Positions 25,958 through 41,579 of a stretch of DNA of 64,000 nucleotides are shown here, piece by piece. The stretch is from the human T2T-CHM13v2.0 reference genome, Homo sapiens. The translations under genes and the position numbers were made by a program. Where the stretch lies: the NCBI RefSeq assembly GCF_009914755.1, contig NC_060932.1, one strand, 5' to 3'. Within the stretch, counting starts at the first letter, position 1. Each line of letters starts with the position of its first letter. The notes below the pieces were generated by a model. That model was not told the origin of the DNA. It saw only the letters and a program-made list of their open reading frames with translations, and did no database searches.

Positions 25958-27065
25958 GAAAGGATGGTCTTCAAAAAATGATGCTGGGAAAACTGGAATT
26001 CCATGTGCAAAAGAAAGAAACTGGACTCTTATCTTACACCTTATACGAAAATTAATTCAAAATGTACTGAAGACCTACTGGTAAAAGTTAAATCATAAAA
26101 CTCCTAGAAGAAAACATAGAAGAAAAACTTTTTAACATTGGACTTGGCAATGATTTTTTGGATAATGACATAGAAAGCACAAACAACAAAAGCAAACAGA
26201 CAAATGATACTGCATCAAACTTAAAAATGTCTGTGCATCAAAGGAAAAATCAACAGAATGAATAGAGAACTCACAGGATGGAAGAAACATCTGCAAATCA
26301 TATGTCTGACAAAAGCTTAATATCCAGAATACATAAAGCAATCCAAAATATATATTAGCAACTTAACACCAAAAAAAGCAGATAACTAGATTAAAAACTG
26401 GGCATTTGTCCACAGAAGATATTCAAAAGACCAGCAATCACATGAAAAGGTATTAAAAATTATGAATCATTAGATAAATGCAAATCAAACCATGAGACCC
26501 TACCTCTCACCCATTAGGATGGCCACCATCAAATAAACAGGACATAACAAATGGTGGTAAGGATGTGCAGAAATTGGAACACTTGAACACTCTTTGGGGG
26601 AATGTAAAATGGTGCAGCAGTTGCTGCAGCAAACAGTTTGGAGGCTCTTTTAAAAAGTAAAGATAGTATTATCATATGATCTGGTAATCCTATTTCTGGG
26701 TATATATCCAGAAGAATTGAAAACAGAATCTCAAGGAGATTATTTGTGCAACAATTTTCATTGCAGTATTATTCACAATAGTTAAGAAAAAGACAACGTG
26801 CTAAGTGAGATAAGTCGTACACAAAAAAATAAATACTGAGTGATTGCACTTATATGAGGCAGCTAAAGTAATCAAAATTATAGAAACAGACAGTAGAATG
26901 ATGGTTGCTGGGTGCTGGGAAAGGGGAAAATGGGAAGCTGGTGTTCAATGAGTATAGAGAATCACTTTTGCAAGGTGAAAAAGTTCTAGAGATCTTTGCA
27001 CAACAATGTGAATATAGTGAGCATTACCAAGCTTTACTGAGCATTACTCACCACAGTTAAGAAAA
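25958..27065 (+). mobile_element. L1MB/late L1MA, ORF2 3' end plus 3' UTR
   Basis: TGCTGGGAAAACTGG...CTCCTAGAAGAAAACATAG...GGGAATGTAAAATGGTGCAGC...GAAAAAGTTCTAGAGATC. Confidence 0.9.
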
Positions 27066-30000
27066 CAACAGCAACAATTTATGTTTCAGCATGATAGAAT
27101 ATATCCTTGGGTCCCACAATACCTGTGGTCTGCCCAGGTGGCTTCTCTCTGAGGTTTGTATTGGTTGGATCACCATCAAAGCTATCACTTCATCCAGAAG
27201 AATTTGATTGTTACCTACCAGGTATCAAGCACTGTTCTAGGTTTGGAAGTTATGCTGTTAAACCAGGCAATTCTCTAAATCTATTACGAATACACTGTCA
27301 AACCTGTAACACTATACTTAGAATTCCTCTTACTTGTTTGACAATCTTAATCACCCAAAGTTTCAAAGCTCCTACTTCTTCTGAATTGTATCCTTACTAT
27401 TTCACACTCTCTTTTGCAATCCTTTACATTTGAACTAATGCACGTTGAACAAATTATTTATGTAACTACTGGCTTTAGGTGCTGCAAAAAGCGTTTAGTT
27501 ACCAAAATTGTAAATAGAAAGTTTTAGGAAAACTAACAAAAACAACAAAAAAACTTTTCTCAAGGTAATTAATGTTCACCAAAAGGACTTTCATCATTCA
27601 CAAAATATCATCCATGCTCTTGAAGTTTGAAGATTTTTAATAAGGAATGACATTAAGCTCTCTTTTTGTTTCTTTTCTCAGCTTTGTTTGGATACATCTG
27701 TGATATCACAGCAATTGTAAAACAAAATACTTGTCTTGACATATCGCATTAGTGGGAGAGAGAGACAGTAAGCAATTAAATTTTAAAAATTGATTTCACT
27801 ATGTAACAAGTATATAAGGAAATAAAATTACATGGCAATTTTAGAAAACATTGAGGAATCCCTTTCCAAAAACATATTTGTGTTAAAACCGGAGCAAGTA
27901 AAGAGCCATTCATTGAAACAAAAACAAAAACTAAAACCAAAAAAAAAACACTGGAAAATAGTTTATAATAAATGTAAAGTTTTAATAATATTTTGAAAAT
28001 ATTGGAAACTTTTTTAGCTCCTTTTCTGAATTTTCAAAATTTTATTTGATGAATCTGTATTACCTCCTATAATGTAGAATCTTACATTTAAATTAGGAAA
28101 ATATATTAAAACTTTATAATTTAACTGCTACTGTTTTTGACAAATACGATTCCTCATTAACAGGGCTTAGATATTAACGATGCTTTATCTGTCAGAGTGC
28201 GTTATTAAATGCATGCTTATCCATGCCATGTATATGCAAAATAAGATTTCGTTTACACAGGAAATCTTAGAAAATCTGTTTTTTTCTGAAACTTCTGTTT
28301 CAAGAGGCATTTATTGTCTGATATGTTTGGCTTGTCCAAAAGGAATTTCCTTTTGGAAGAGACAAAAACTGAGCCTTTATACTATGTCACCACTGCTACT
28401 GCATATATATTGTGATTCTTCTTTAGTAACCTAGTTCTTCCATGCAATACAATGTATCTTGAAATTGTATTTTTAAGTTATGTCTTTATGTTTACTGAAG
28501 TGAATTATGCTTTTAAATTAATGAGCTAAAAACATCTGAAGGACACTGACAACATGCCTGCACTGGGTTAGCAGAGCTGGATGTGCCAACAGTGGGATCA
28601 CATTATTCATGTGACAAATGTCCTCTCTTGAAGGTTTCTAAGGAAGCTTACTTCCAGATTTACTTTTTAAATCTGTTTGAATAATACTATATAAAATTTA
28701 TCAGCAAAATATTTAGATTTTAGATTATTCAAAATGTGGATAAAAGAATAGAAGCTTATTTATCGTATAAGTCCTGCTTATAATTAGTGTGTATCTGCTT
28801 TTTTATTGCAATTTTTCTCTGAAATTATTTTATATTAATAGATCAAATTAATTCACATTTAGTGTTAACAAAATTAATATTTGAATTGTATATTGATATA
28901 AGAGATTAAAGGAGTATTTTACACTTGAGAAATAAGGACATTTTCATCAGCTGAAAAAATTATAAGTGACAGAGAATTAATTCAGATGTTCATTTATTGA
29001 TTTTTAATTGACTCAACAAATAGTAAATGCTGCATCATTTTAATTTTCAAAAGGAATCTTACTTCTCATTGAGAATATTAATTGGAACCAATAGTCAGAA
29101 ATTGTTTTAGCATAAATGCTGGTCATATATTGTTCTGAACTTATATAACCAATATATAGAATTCAAAAGACAAATACACACCAAATATGTTATACAACTT
29201 ATCTTCTAGCAATAAAGCTTGTGTAGAGAAAACAAGCCCTCTTTCAATAGATTCATTATGACTAAGAGTATTTTAGAAATGGCAAAACAGGAAATTGTGC
29301 ACTTTCCCCTCATAAACTGTAATGCAAATTTCATGACTGAACATCAGTGAAATCCTTTTGATATGACTGAATTTGCAACGTTCTGCTGTTACAGCTATTC
29401 AAGGTAACTACGTGAAGTTAGAACTGTCTCTGGTGATGAAAATGATTTTCAATATACTTTCATGTATAAAACTATATTGATGGATATTATCTATTCATTT
29501 TTCTTCATGAATCCACAGATATTTATAAAGAGCTAGCTATGCAAAATTACTGTGTAAATATCATGGTTTAAATTTGAACAAAGCAGACAAGATCCAGCCA
29601 GCCAAGGTCAATTTGACCACCAAATTGACACCAGAAATTTCTTTTGAAGTACAATGTCTCCTTCAATCTCATCCCACATGTGTGCAGAGGTGTGCCTGGG
29701 AGAAGGTAGATGCTATTCTCTGGGATGCTTTGTGCTAGGGAGGCAAATAATATCTCATATATGAATGCCATATATGGGGGAGGCATGGTGGGTGGTGGAC
29801 TGACTGTTGGTGGCAACGTTGCTATTTCTGAAATGTCTTGATAAACTGAAGTGGAGGGATCTCCACATAGTGTGCCTATGGGTGTCAGTCTTATCATGTG
29901 TGCCAATAATTTACTGCATTGGAATTCAGTCACAGTTATGGCACAAAAGGAAATGTCCAACCGAACATCCTGCTAATGAAGGCAGAGTTGGTTTCAGAAA

Positions 30001-31398
30001 ATAGTGGATGCAGAGATAAGAAATCTGGGAGCAGCTGTTTTTACCACTGGCTGATGATGCTAGACCCCAGGAACACATGGTGGAGACCTGGGTGGTGGAG
30101 TTGCAGTGTTTGGAAACCAAATGATTGAGAACAGCTCATTCTTAGAAGCAGACAGCAACATACAAGAGCTTCTCTAGGTTGTTGCGGAGGAGGTACCAAT
30201 TCAATAATTTCATAAGTCCTACTTTTATCTTGCCATATAAGTTGATATTAAGTCCTCAAAATATGAGGAAAGTTGGGTTTGTATGAATGAACACCCTGCT
30301 GTACACTTCCTTTTACAGCTGCAGCAAGATATTTTTTGTGCAAATGTGTAACAAAGACTGGCAAAAGGACTCTCTCTTCTCTACCATGTGTACTCCGCAT
30401 CTGACCCCACTTCTCCATTTCACTTGGTCTTTCTGCTACAGTATAGTGGGTTTTTATTAAGTTTTTGCCTTGGTTCATTTTGTTCACACTCTGCCACATT
30501 CTTCTGCCATCTTCTCCACAGCTGCAGTTTCTTATTCTTTCAATGGCAACAGTAAAGTGAGCCGTGCCTTGATTCCTTGTGCCTTTGTTCATGATTTTTT
30601 CAATTTAACTCATATGTTTCAAAGCAGAGACCCATGGTCAACTGAGTTCTTAATACATGTAAAAAGGTTACTTTGAAACCATCAAATCCTTGTCTGTCAT
30701 GAACCTTATAAGATAAACTTGAAGCAAATACCTTGGAAGCTAGTGCACACGCATGTAGTTGATTTGGAAGGACTGATATGACCAGAGACTCATCTGTATC
30801 CATGTGGACACCAGCAATGGTATTACCATGTTTTCTTTTATTTTTCTAATTTGTATTGCTAATTTGTACTCTTTGGAAAATTTGTGTCTTTGGACTAATA
30901 TTATCAATTTTATAATTGTCAAATCTTTATCTTATAGAAGAGCCCAGCCTTGGAAAAATTTTGAATAGTATAATGATCCAAAATAATTGGTTTGGTATAT
31001 TTGCATTGCAACACTATCTGAGCACACCAATATATGTATAACAGATTAGACAAATCCAGTTTTTTCTGGGGATGTGTGAAAAAGAAAATGAATTTGGAAA
31101 TAGTGAGACAGGTAATTGCCAGAGCATCTATGTTTTAGTATTGTTTCTTGCTTATCTACCCATAAAGAAAATTGAAATTGGCAAGTAAAATTCCAATACA
31201 GTTAGATAATTGTAATACAGCATATAAATACCTAAAAGCCATATGCAAAGTTTGGTGATTTAAATAGAACTGTTGTACAAACACTACTGTTGTACCAACA
31301 ATGGCTCTCAAATAGCTTTCAATCCAATTACCTCACTTTCATTAAAGATTCTTCATTTTTAAACTTTTCTTTAAATTATTTTCTAAAGAAATCAAATC

Positions 31399-31778
31399 TG
31401 TATAAGTTTAGTAGGGCTGCCATAACAAAGTACCTCAGAATTAGTGGCTATAAAAATAGAAATGTATTTTCTCACATTTCTGTAGGCTAGAAGTCTGAAA
31501 TCAACGAGTGGGCCAGGTTGGCTTCTTCTGAGGTCTCTCCTTGACTTGTAGACGGCCATTTTGCCCTGTGTCTTCATAAGGTCTTTCTTCTGTAAATGTT
31601 AGTGTCCTAATTTCCTCTTCTAATAAGGATACCGTTTATGTTGAATGAGAACACCTGCTAATGACCTCATTTTAATAACCTCTTTAAGTACCATATCTCC
31701 AAATACAGTAACATTCCAAAGTACTGGGTATTAGATTTCAATGTGTGAATTTTGGGGGAAGTGATTCAGCCGTTAACA
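31399..31778 (-). mobile_element. MLT1B solo LTR
   Basis: AGGGCTGCCATAACAAAGTACC...GGCTAGAAGTCTGAAATCAA...ATCTCCAAATACAGT...ATTCAGCCGTTAACA. Confidence 0.88.
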
Positions 31779-32728
31779 ATGATATATGCATATTTTAAAC
31801 TAAAGCTTAAATGCCTGAATTCTACAAGCACATATATAACATAAGATCATGTGCGAATATGTGTATATTATATGCATCTACACAAACCCTGAACTGAAAT
31901 CCATTAGGTAAAGAGCAACTGCTAGAATGAAAATGTTGCCAAACAATGTAAACTTAGCTAGAAGGCAGAATATAAAATTTTCAACCTACTGTGCAAATGG
32001 TATTATAGATGGCTAGATGATTATTCTATTTTAGTTGGTCTTATTCTCCTTATGTTTTAAAAATTCTGATAAAATATTAAACAACTATAGACATAACACA
32101 CTCTCAGTAATTTTGAATTTATCATTAAGGATTGGATCTATGTTTCTCTGAAGACAAATGGAACTTGATGACTGAGCCTTAAACTTTGCAGTGTTAATAG
32201 CATCTTTTTCAAATTGATATGTGCTTTATAATATCAGAGAAACAAGAATCTTGACAACTACTCTGGTGCTTTCTCCTTTAAACCAGTTGTATGCCTACAA
32301 AGCTAGTCAGATTCCTAGTGAGATTATCTCCACAAATAGTTATGGCTTTTATTTTAGGCACATTATCTTTGTACTATTGGTAGAGTCTAAATTCTGTATT
32401 TAATTGCACCATAAATATTAAAGGACTTCTTGTTCTATTAAAGTTAATTTGTCATAAATTGAAAAGAATGATCAGTGTCCCCTGTGACAGAGTGAGGAAA
32501 GGCTGTTGTTCTCTACTATGGAAAAAAAAGTGTACAATGTCACCTTCTCTGTGCCCTCTGTAGGCAATTATCGAAAGCTTTAAAATAAGCATATGCTTAG
32601 ATCAAGAAATTCCAGCAGAAGAATCATCCTCCAGAAGTCTTATGCAAGTGTGTAGACAAATAGATGATAGATAGATAGATACATAGATAGATACATAGAC
32701 AGGAAGAGAGAGATTTTGCCACAGTCCA

Positions 32729-33079
<351 letters not shown>

Positions 33080-35984
33080 ACAATATTGTTTTTAGAGTGC
33101 AAATTTAAAACAATTCAGTTTCCAAAGTAGAGGATAGGCTAACTAGACAACTATATACAATAAGTACCTCTATGTAATAGATTGTCTTGCACTCATTGAA
33201 ATTAAAATAGCTATACATTTATAAAACATCTTAAGTTGTTTATTATATATTATTAAATTAAAATTAAGACAGGCTAAAAACAAAACACTTAATACTCTCA
33301 TACTATATAGTCTAACACCACACATACATATACACAGACATACATATATACAGAAATGTGTGTATTTCTATTTATATAATTATGCATATATGTGTATATA
33401 TATGTATGTGTTTATGTATTTATCAAGATAGTGCAAGAGAAAGATGGGTTTTGTTGAGCAAGGGATTATTTATAATTTTTAAAGTTTTTTTATCTGCCCT
33501 CCCATTTGTTTTATAAAGTGTGTGTGCATGCACAAGCTCTAGAATTACACTTGCACAATATTGTATAAAGAAAATGTACGTGTCTAAAGAAATAAGTAAA
33601 AGTAAAGTTAAAATACTTCTTTAGATTTGTGGCTGTTGGTCAATGGAGATTTATTACAGTAGTATTGACTTCCGAATGAATTGAGCCTATGTTCAAAATC
33701 CTTATCATGGTGTTGGAGCTGCGACTGATCTGATGCCTCTCGTCAGTTCCTTAGTTCCTTCTCATCATCAGCAGTACACTTCAGGAAATATAACAAGCTA
33801 TTTCTTACCTTTAATATTTCACACATGCTATTATTTTTTCATAGGAAAACCTTTCCTATCTTTACACAAAACTAAGCTCTACCAATTATTTTGTCTTTCA
33901 AATAATATGTTCAATTTTCAAAGAGTAGCTTACTGATTTTCCAATCTAAATTTAATTTCATAGTAATGATCTTATTTTTTTAATATATGTTTTTGTTGTG
34001 TGAATAATTTGTTAAGTAGCTGCTGTACCCACTGGATTATAGACTCAATTAGGGTATGGATATGCCTCATATTCAGCATCAAATCGAATCTGCCATACAG
34101 AAAACAATAAATGTGTATTTGTGGGGGAAACAATTAATGGAATAATTTTGTTAACTTCATGCTTGAAGTTGCCTTCAGGCTGTTATAGAACACAAAGATG
34201 TAATTGAGCGTCAAGTATTTGATGTTCATATCTGTTCATCTTGATCATTTAGCTAAGGAAGACACCAAACTTTTTTCTTACATGTATATGTTTCTAAAAA
34301 TGGAATTCATCCACAAAATATGAAAAGCTATCCTTAATTAGAATAATCACATAATTTTCCATAGGCTCTAAGTATAATTTCCAAAAGGAAGGTTCAAACA
34401 TGTTTGGGTATATGCAGTTTTGTTCCAGGAAGTGAATCATATTACATGTTTTCTGATGCAACCATGTTGAAGGACCAAACACTGATTTGCATATTACATT
34501 CTGGAATATTTGTATTACTTTAAGCTTTTACATATGTACCTACGTATGTAGCTATATACAAATATATAACCCATTAATATTTATATTTCACTGTCTGGGA
34601 AATAAATAAGCCATCTAAACTTAACGTATAACATGGACTCGTGGTTTACTGTTGTTTGAAGGTTGTTTATTTGTAAACTCTGCAATATCTTTTCAGTTCT
34701 TCCAAATTAAATTGTCATTTCCTAAGACAATCTTTAAAACTGAGAAAAAAACATACATAATTGCAACCATTATCCAAATCTTTCAATATTGATCATTGTA
34801 GTTGGAATGTTACCATCACTATCTGTTGCAATTTAATAACTAAGCCATAAATATATTATTTTAAATTTCTCAAAAAGTGAATACATTTTATCATTTTAAA
34901 TTTCCTTCCAAGATAGTGAACTTGGTTTCATTATTTCCAGGTTATATATAACATTATAGCATTATAATTATAAGTTAAAATAAATGTTTGTATACATTTA
35001 TAGTGTTTAATATGTTCTGTAGTAAAGAAAGTATTGAAAATTTCCATAGAACTTTATGACTGCTTATGTTATTTGATAATAAAAGTCAATTCAGTAAAAT
35101 CTTTTGTTGTGGCAAGTAAACCTGCCCCACAATTACAAAGAAGAAAACCATGTACACATTTATTAAATTGTATAATAAAATATTTGGCCAACTTCTTGCT
35201 ACCTTTCAAAGATAGCAATTTTGCAGCAACTTTCATTATCACATTTTTTAAACTTTAAGCTTGTAATTTTAGAAGAACTAGTCTTTTCTTAAATATAAAA
35301 TGATATAATACACAGGTAAGTTCAAATGATATTTAAGAAGTGCCTATTAAGACTAAAGTTCGCGGAAGGTATGAAATAATAAAAATCAGAGCAAAAATAA
35401 ATTAAATAGAGGCTAAAAAATAACACAAAAGACCAAAGTTTTAAAAACAAGTTTTCTTAAGAGATGTTACAATTGTGACTAAATGACGTTCTCTATTAAG
35501 GAAAATGATCCTAAAAATTCATCAGATAACGCTCCAAGTACAGATGCTAACAACAATAAGTCCTTAGAATCATCATTTGCAGTTAGTTATTTCACAGTAA
35601 TAGCATGTATCTTGTGATCACAGGCTAACATTAGCTTTACAATTCAATAAAAAACCTTCTAGTGAAATCTCTACAGTAACAATTTTCCAAAATGTGGTGT
35701 ATATATTTAAGGTGGGGAAGGATAATATTATGTGATAAATCTTACAAATTGTAAATAATAAAATTTTTAAATGTTTTAAACAGGTATTTAGATGTGAGAC
35801 TTTTTTCATATGATAATAAACAATTGGCTTATCAAAGCTTGAAAAATATTTAAACAACATGTATAACAAATATAGTATGTCCTGTTTTTTAAGTGCCTTA
35901 TCTTTTTATTTCTCAAGTAGTTTTAAATTCAAATATGCAATTAGATATCCATTGACAAAACAAAAGAAATATCACAAAAAGCCT

Positions 35985-37693
<1,709 letters not shown>

Positions 37694-38997
37694 ATGTTGT
37701 TCAGCTTTTCTACCATCCTAGTTTCTTCTGGCTGCAATTTGTGTTTCTTGTTGGCATTTGTTTTCCACAGTTATTGTAGACTATCAATATTAAACATTTT
37801 TGTGCACTGGCGATTATAAAATATGACTTTGCATTGCTGTGAATCCTGAGGGAAGGCAAGATTTGATTACACTCCTCATCTCGGGACCACTGTCAGATGC
37901 AGCTTTCTAGACACTTGGTTCTTACAGCCTCATTAGATCTGCATTGAGGGCTGTCTTCTTACCCAAGGCCAAATACCTATTCCTGTTCTGGTGCTCTAGG
38001 ATGATCATTGCCTGACTGGGAGACCACTGACCATTAAAGGGCCTGGGTTGTGAAACGTCCTACATTTAAAATTACTGGCTGGCACTTAGTTCAAGAGAAG
38101 AACAAGGTCACACAACAAAAACTGATGCATAGAATCTACCAGTTGACTAGGGAACCATCTTCTCACAATTTTCTTTCAATTTGAACAGAGTCTATGCCTT
38201 TTCTTGGGATTCTTTCCATCCTTCTTGGATTGTTACAGCTTTGTGAATCTACCTCATCCTCTTGAAATAATGCCACCCACATTTTTCATACTGATTCCCA
38301 CCTTATTTCATATCAATTTTGAAGTAGTGAGATAATTCAGTAACATCATGTTCCTTTTTAAGCTTTTTCTGTGCTACAAATTCTTCCCTCACAGCAGTGT
38401 TTTGATTAAAGCGTAGGAAGGAATGCTGTTATAATTTACACTTTCAATTCTCAGGTACCTTATAAAGGTGATATCTCTTAAAGTATTCATACTGTGCTTT
38501 TCAATTTTCAGTCTTTAGAATTTATAATCTGGCCTTTTTTTATAATTAAGTATTGTATAAATTTCTGAAGCCAAGGGTTAAAATGCCTCATTTAAAAAAA
38601 TTCACATTAATAGTCTCATTTTATTAATGGGAACTTGCAGTTTTGCAACTACAATGTACATGCAGAATGTATTGTTAACAATAAAATAATTCAAAAACTG
38701 TTCCTTGCCTGGTTTATTTCTGGTTATTTAAATTTGCTCAATTTCTTAATTCTAAGTCTAGGTTGACATAATTGAAAAGTCATGTGTGGCAATTTCAGGA
38801 CACGTGGATTTTTCTCTTCCTGTTAAAGGGGCTGTGTGATGATATATTTCTATACTTTAGACAATGCAGAGCATAGTGCATACTCTATATAGTATGCATA
38901 CTCTGTAGAGTATAGTATGTATTTTCACCCATTTGCTGACTCCCCAAGGCAACAAAAAAGCAGTGATTTCACTCCTCCCCATCCACCTGTCATCCTC

Positions 38998-39272
38998 AAG
39001 AGGTACAAAGCTCAGATAGACAAGAAGATTAGGTTGTGAGATTAGCTGTACACACCAGGGTGGCTATAGCCAATAACAATATATCATATACCTCAAAATA
39101 TCTAAGAGGGTAAAATTTAAATGTATCCCCATAAAAAATTGTAGGCAAGCAAGGTAGTACACATGTGAATCAGCTTGATTTAGTCATGGCATATTTTCTC
39201 TCTCTCTCTCTATATATATAAACATCATATTATATCTTATAAATATATACAACTATGACTTGTCAATTTTTT
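38998..39272 (+). mobile_element. L1MA 3' end fragment
   Basis: GGTACAAAGCTCAGATAGAC...AATAACAATATATCATATACCTCAAAAT...AATCAGCTTGATTTAGTC. Confidence 0.75.
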
Positions 39273-39562
39273 ATTTTTTTGGTGGAGTCTTGCTCTGTCG
39301 CCCAGGCTGGAGTGCAGTGGGGCAATCTTGGCTCACTGCAAGCTCCGCCTCCTGGGTTCACACCATTCTCCTGCCTCAGCCTCCTGATTAGCTGGGACTA
39401 CAGGCGCCTGCCACCACAACGGGCTAATTTTTTTTGTATTTTTAGTAGAGACGGGGTTTCACTCACTGTGTTAGCCAGGATGGTCTCAATCTGATCTTGT
39501 GATCCGCCCGCCTCAGCCTCTCAAAGTGCTGGGATTACAGGCGTGAGCCACCCTTCCTGGCT
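39273..39562 (-). mobile_element. AluY-type, inserted in the L1MA tail
   Basis: CTGCAAGCTCCGCC and GTTAGCCAGGATGG; TSD GACTTGTCAATTTTTT. Confidence 0.93.
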
Positions 39563-40790
39563 GACTTGTCAATTTTTTTAAAGCTGTGATTTAATCAATG
39601 TTTCTTGAAAAGATGTGTATTGATATGTATCTGACAATCTTCAGTAATGAGAAAAAATACGTTTCTCACCTTTCTTATCTCCAGTTCTCTGGTCCACATT
39701 CCAAACACTCTCTGATATCTACCTGATAATAGTTTCCTTACCAAACAAAAAATCTCCTGATTGTTTCTCCTACTATGGACTCCTTTGGTTGGGGGTTGGG
39801 GGGAGCTGTGGGTAAAAAAAAAAAAAAAAAAAGAAACTGAAAAATACGGCACATTTAAATATTCTTAACTTTCTCACCTCCTCTAGGCTATTAGTATGTA
39901 TAAAAGATGGCAACCTTTAAATATCAGATAAGATTGGCTTAAAGAACCACAGCCTTATTTGGGAGAACCTTAAAATACTTGAAGTAATTTCTACATGCAG
40001 CATAGGTTCCAAACCTAACTGATAAGTATTTTTATATTCTTCAAAATTTCCACATTTTTCATCTAAAAAATTGAAATCACCTTAAGTAAGTCCAGGATGC
40101 AACATTCCACCTAAACTTCTCTAATATCATTCGGCAATAACTAAAGGAAAAAAAAAATCACAAAAATATTTCCTTCACTGGAATGTCAGAGAACACATAA
40201 AATGTCCATCAACCTGCCTCTCATGAAACTAAATAAGGGATCAACACTATATTTAGAGGGTACAGTTTTAAATGTAGAGTGAATTGTTGCATATATTTAT
40301 TCTTTTTCTCAAAGAGCATTCCAGGTTTCTATGACAGCAAATATGCTATGGTTACTGAGTAGAATCCCCTACTGAGGTAGCACCAGCCACTGATGAGCAA
40401 TTGCAAGGTTGAATTTAGTTAAGGCCACCAATTTTCAATAAATCCATTTGCTAGAAAATATTTTAAGGACATTGATTACACTAAACCTTTGCAAAATTCA
40501 TGAAAATGTCTAGCTTGGAAGAAAGTCTCTATAAATAGTGAAAGATATGTATTCTCAAGTTCATATTTATAACACTTCTGCACTAGATTATGTAATGTTA
40601 TGAATTTGTCAATTAATTGGCTTCAACCTAAGGTAAGTCAAGTATCCCATTCAAAAATTCACAGTACAGAGAGGGTCAATATATTGCATGAGAATGTGCA
40701 GATCATCTAGAATCTAGATGAAACTGGTAAAGAATCTACCAGTCAACACTTGACACTTGGCTAAAGTAAAACTGAATGTCAGAAATGGAC

Positions 40791-41377
40791 TGTGGTGGTT
40801 TATATGAGGTGCCATCTTGACTGGATAGAGGGATGCCTAGATGGCTGGTGAAGCATTGCTTCTGCTGTGTATGTGAGGGGGCTGCCAGAGGAGACTGACA
40901 TTTGGGTCAGTGGACTGGGAAAGGTAGCTTTCCCTTCAATGTGGGTGGGCACCATCGAATCTGCTGCCAGCACCACTAGAACAAAGCAAGTGGAAGAAGG
41001 GGAAGGAGCAGCCCACTGTGTCTTGGGGCTCCTCTCTCTTTCCCATACTGGGGTCTTGCTTCCAGTCCTCCTGCCCTTGGACATCAGATTCCAGGTTATT
41101 CGGCCTTTGGACTCTAGGACTTGCACCAGTGGTCTCCCAGGGGCTCTTGGGCCTTCAGCCTGAGACTGAGGGCTGCCCTGGCTGCTTCCCTGGTTTTAAG
41201 GCTTTCCAAATTGGACTGAGCCACCATGCTACTGGCTTCTTTCTTTCCCCAGCTTGCAGACGTGCTAGCGTGGAATTGGCCTTTTAGTCCTATGGGCCAG
41301 TTCTACTTAATAAGATTCCTTTTATGTATACATTTATCCTATTTGTTCTGTCCCTATGGGGGACCCTGACTAATACA
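40791..41377 (+). mobile_element. MLT2 solo LTR (MLT2B3-like, HERV-L)
   Basis: TGTGGTGGTT...GAGGGATGCCTAGATGGCTGGTGAAGCATTG...CCCTGACTAATACA; 5-bp TSD TGGAC/TGAAC. Confidence 0.88.
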
Positions 41378-41579
41378 TGAACCTCCATCAGTAAAATCAG
41401 TGGCATGTTCATTATCATGACTGATGAGTGTTCAACATGTGCTTTCATTGCTGAGTTGAATAACAGGATTTCAAAGCACATGGACACACTCTACTTCTGC
41501 ATAAACAAGGATAAAAATCCAGCAGAGGTCATAGTGGATATATGCAACTATGCATCTTTCAAAACCTGTAGAAATTTAC

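Noticed and set aside
35226-35321. Possible 90-bp exon ending in CAG|GTAAGT
   Set aside because: The donor is strong but the acceptor has a weak pyrimidine tract; such matches are expected by chance.
40818-40829. Possible DUX4 site in the MLT2 LTR
   Set aside because: The sequence is TGACTGGATAGA, which does not match TAAYBBAATCA on either strand; the element looks like MLT2B rather than the DUX4-responsive MLT2A1.
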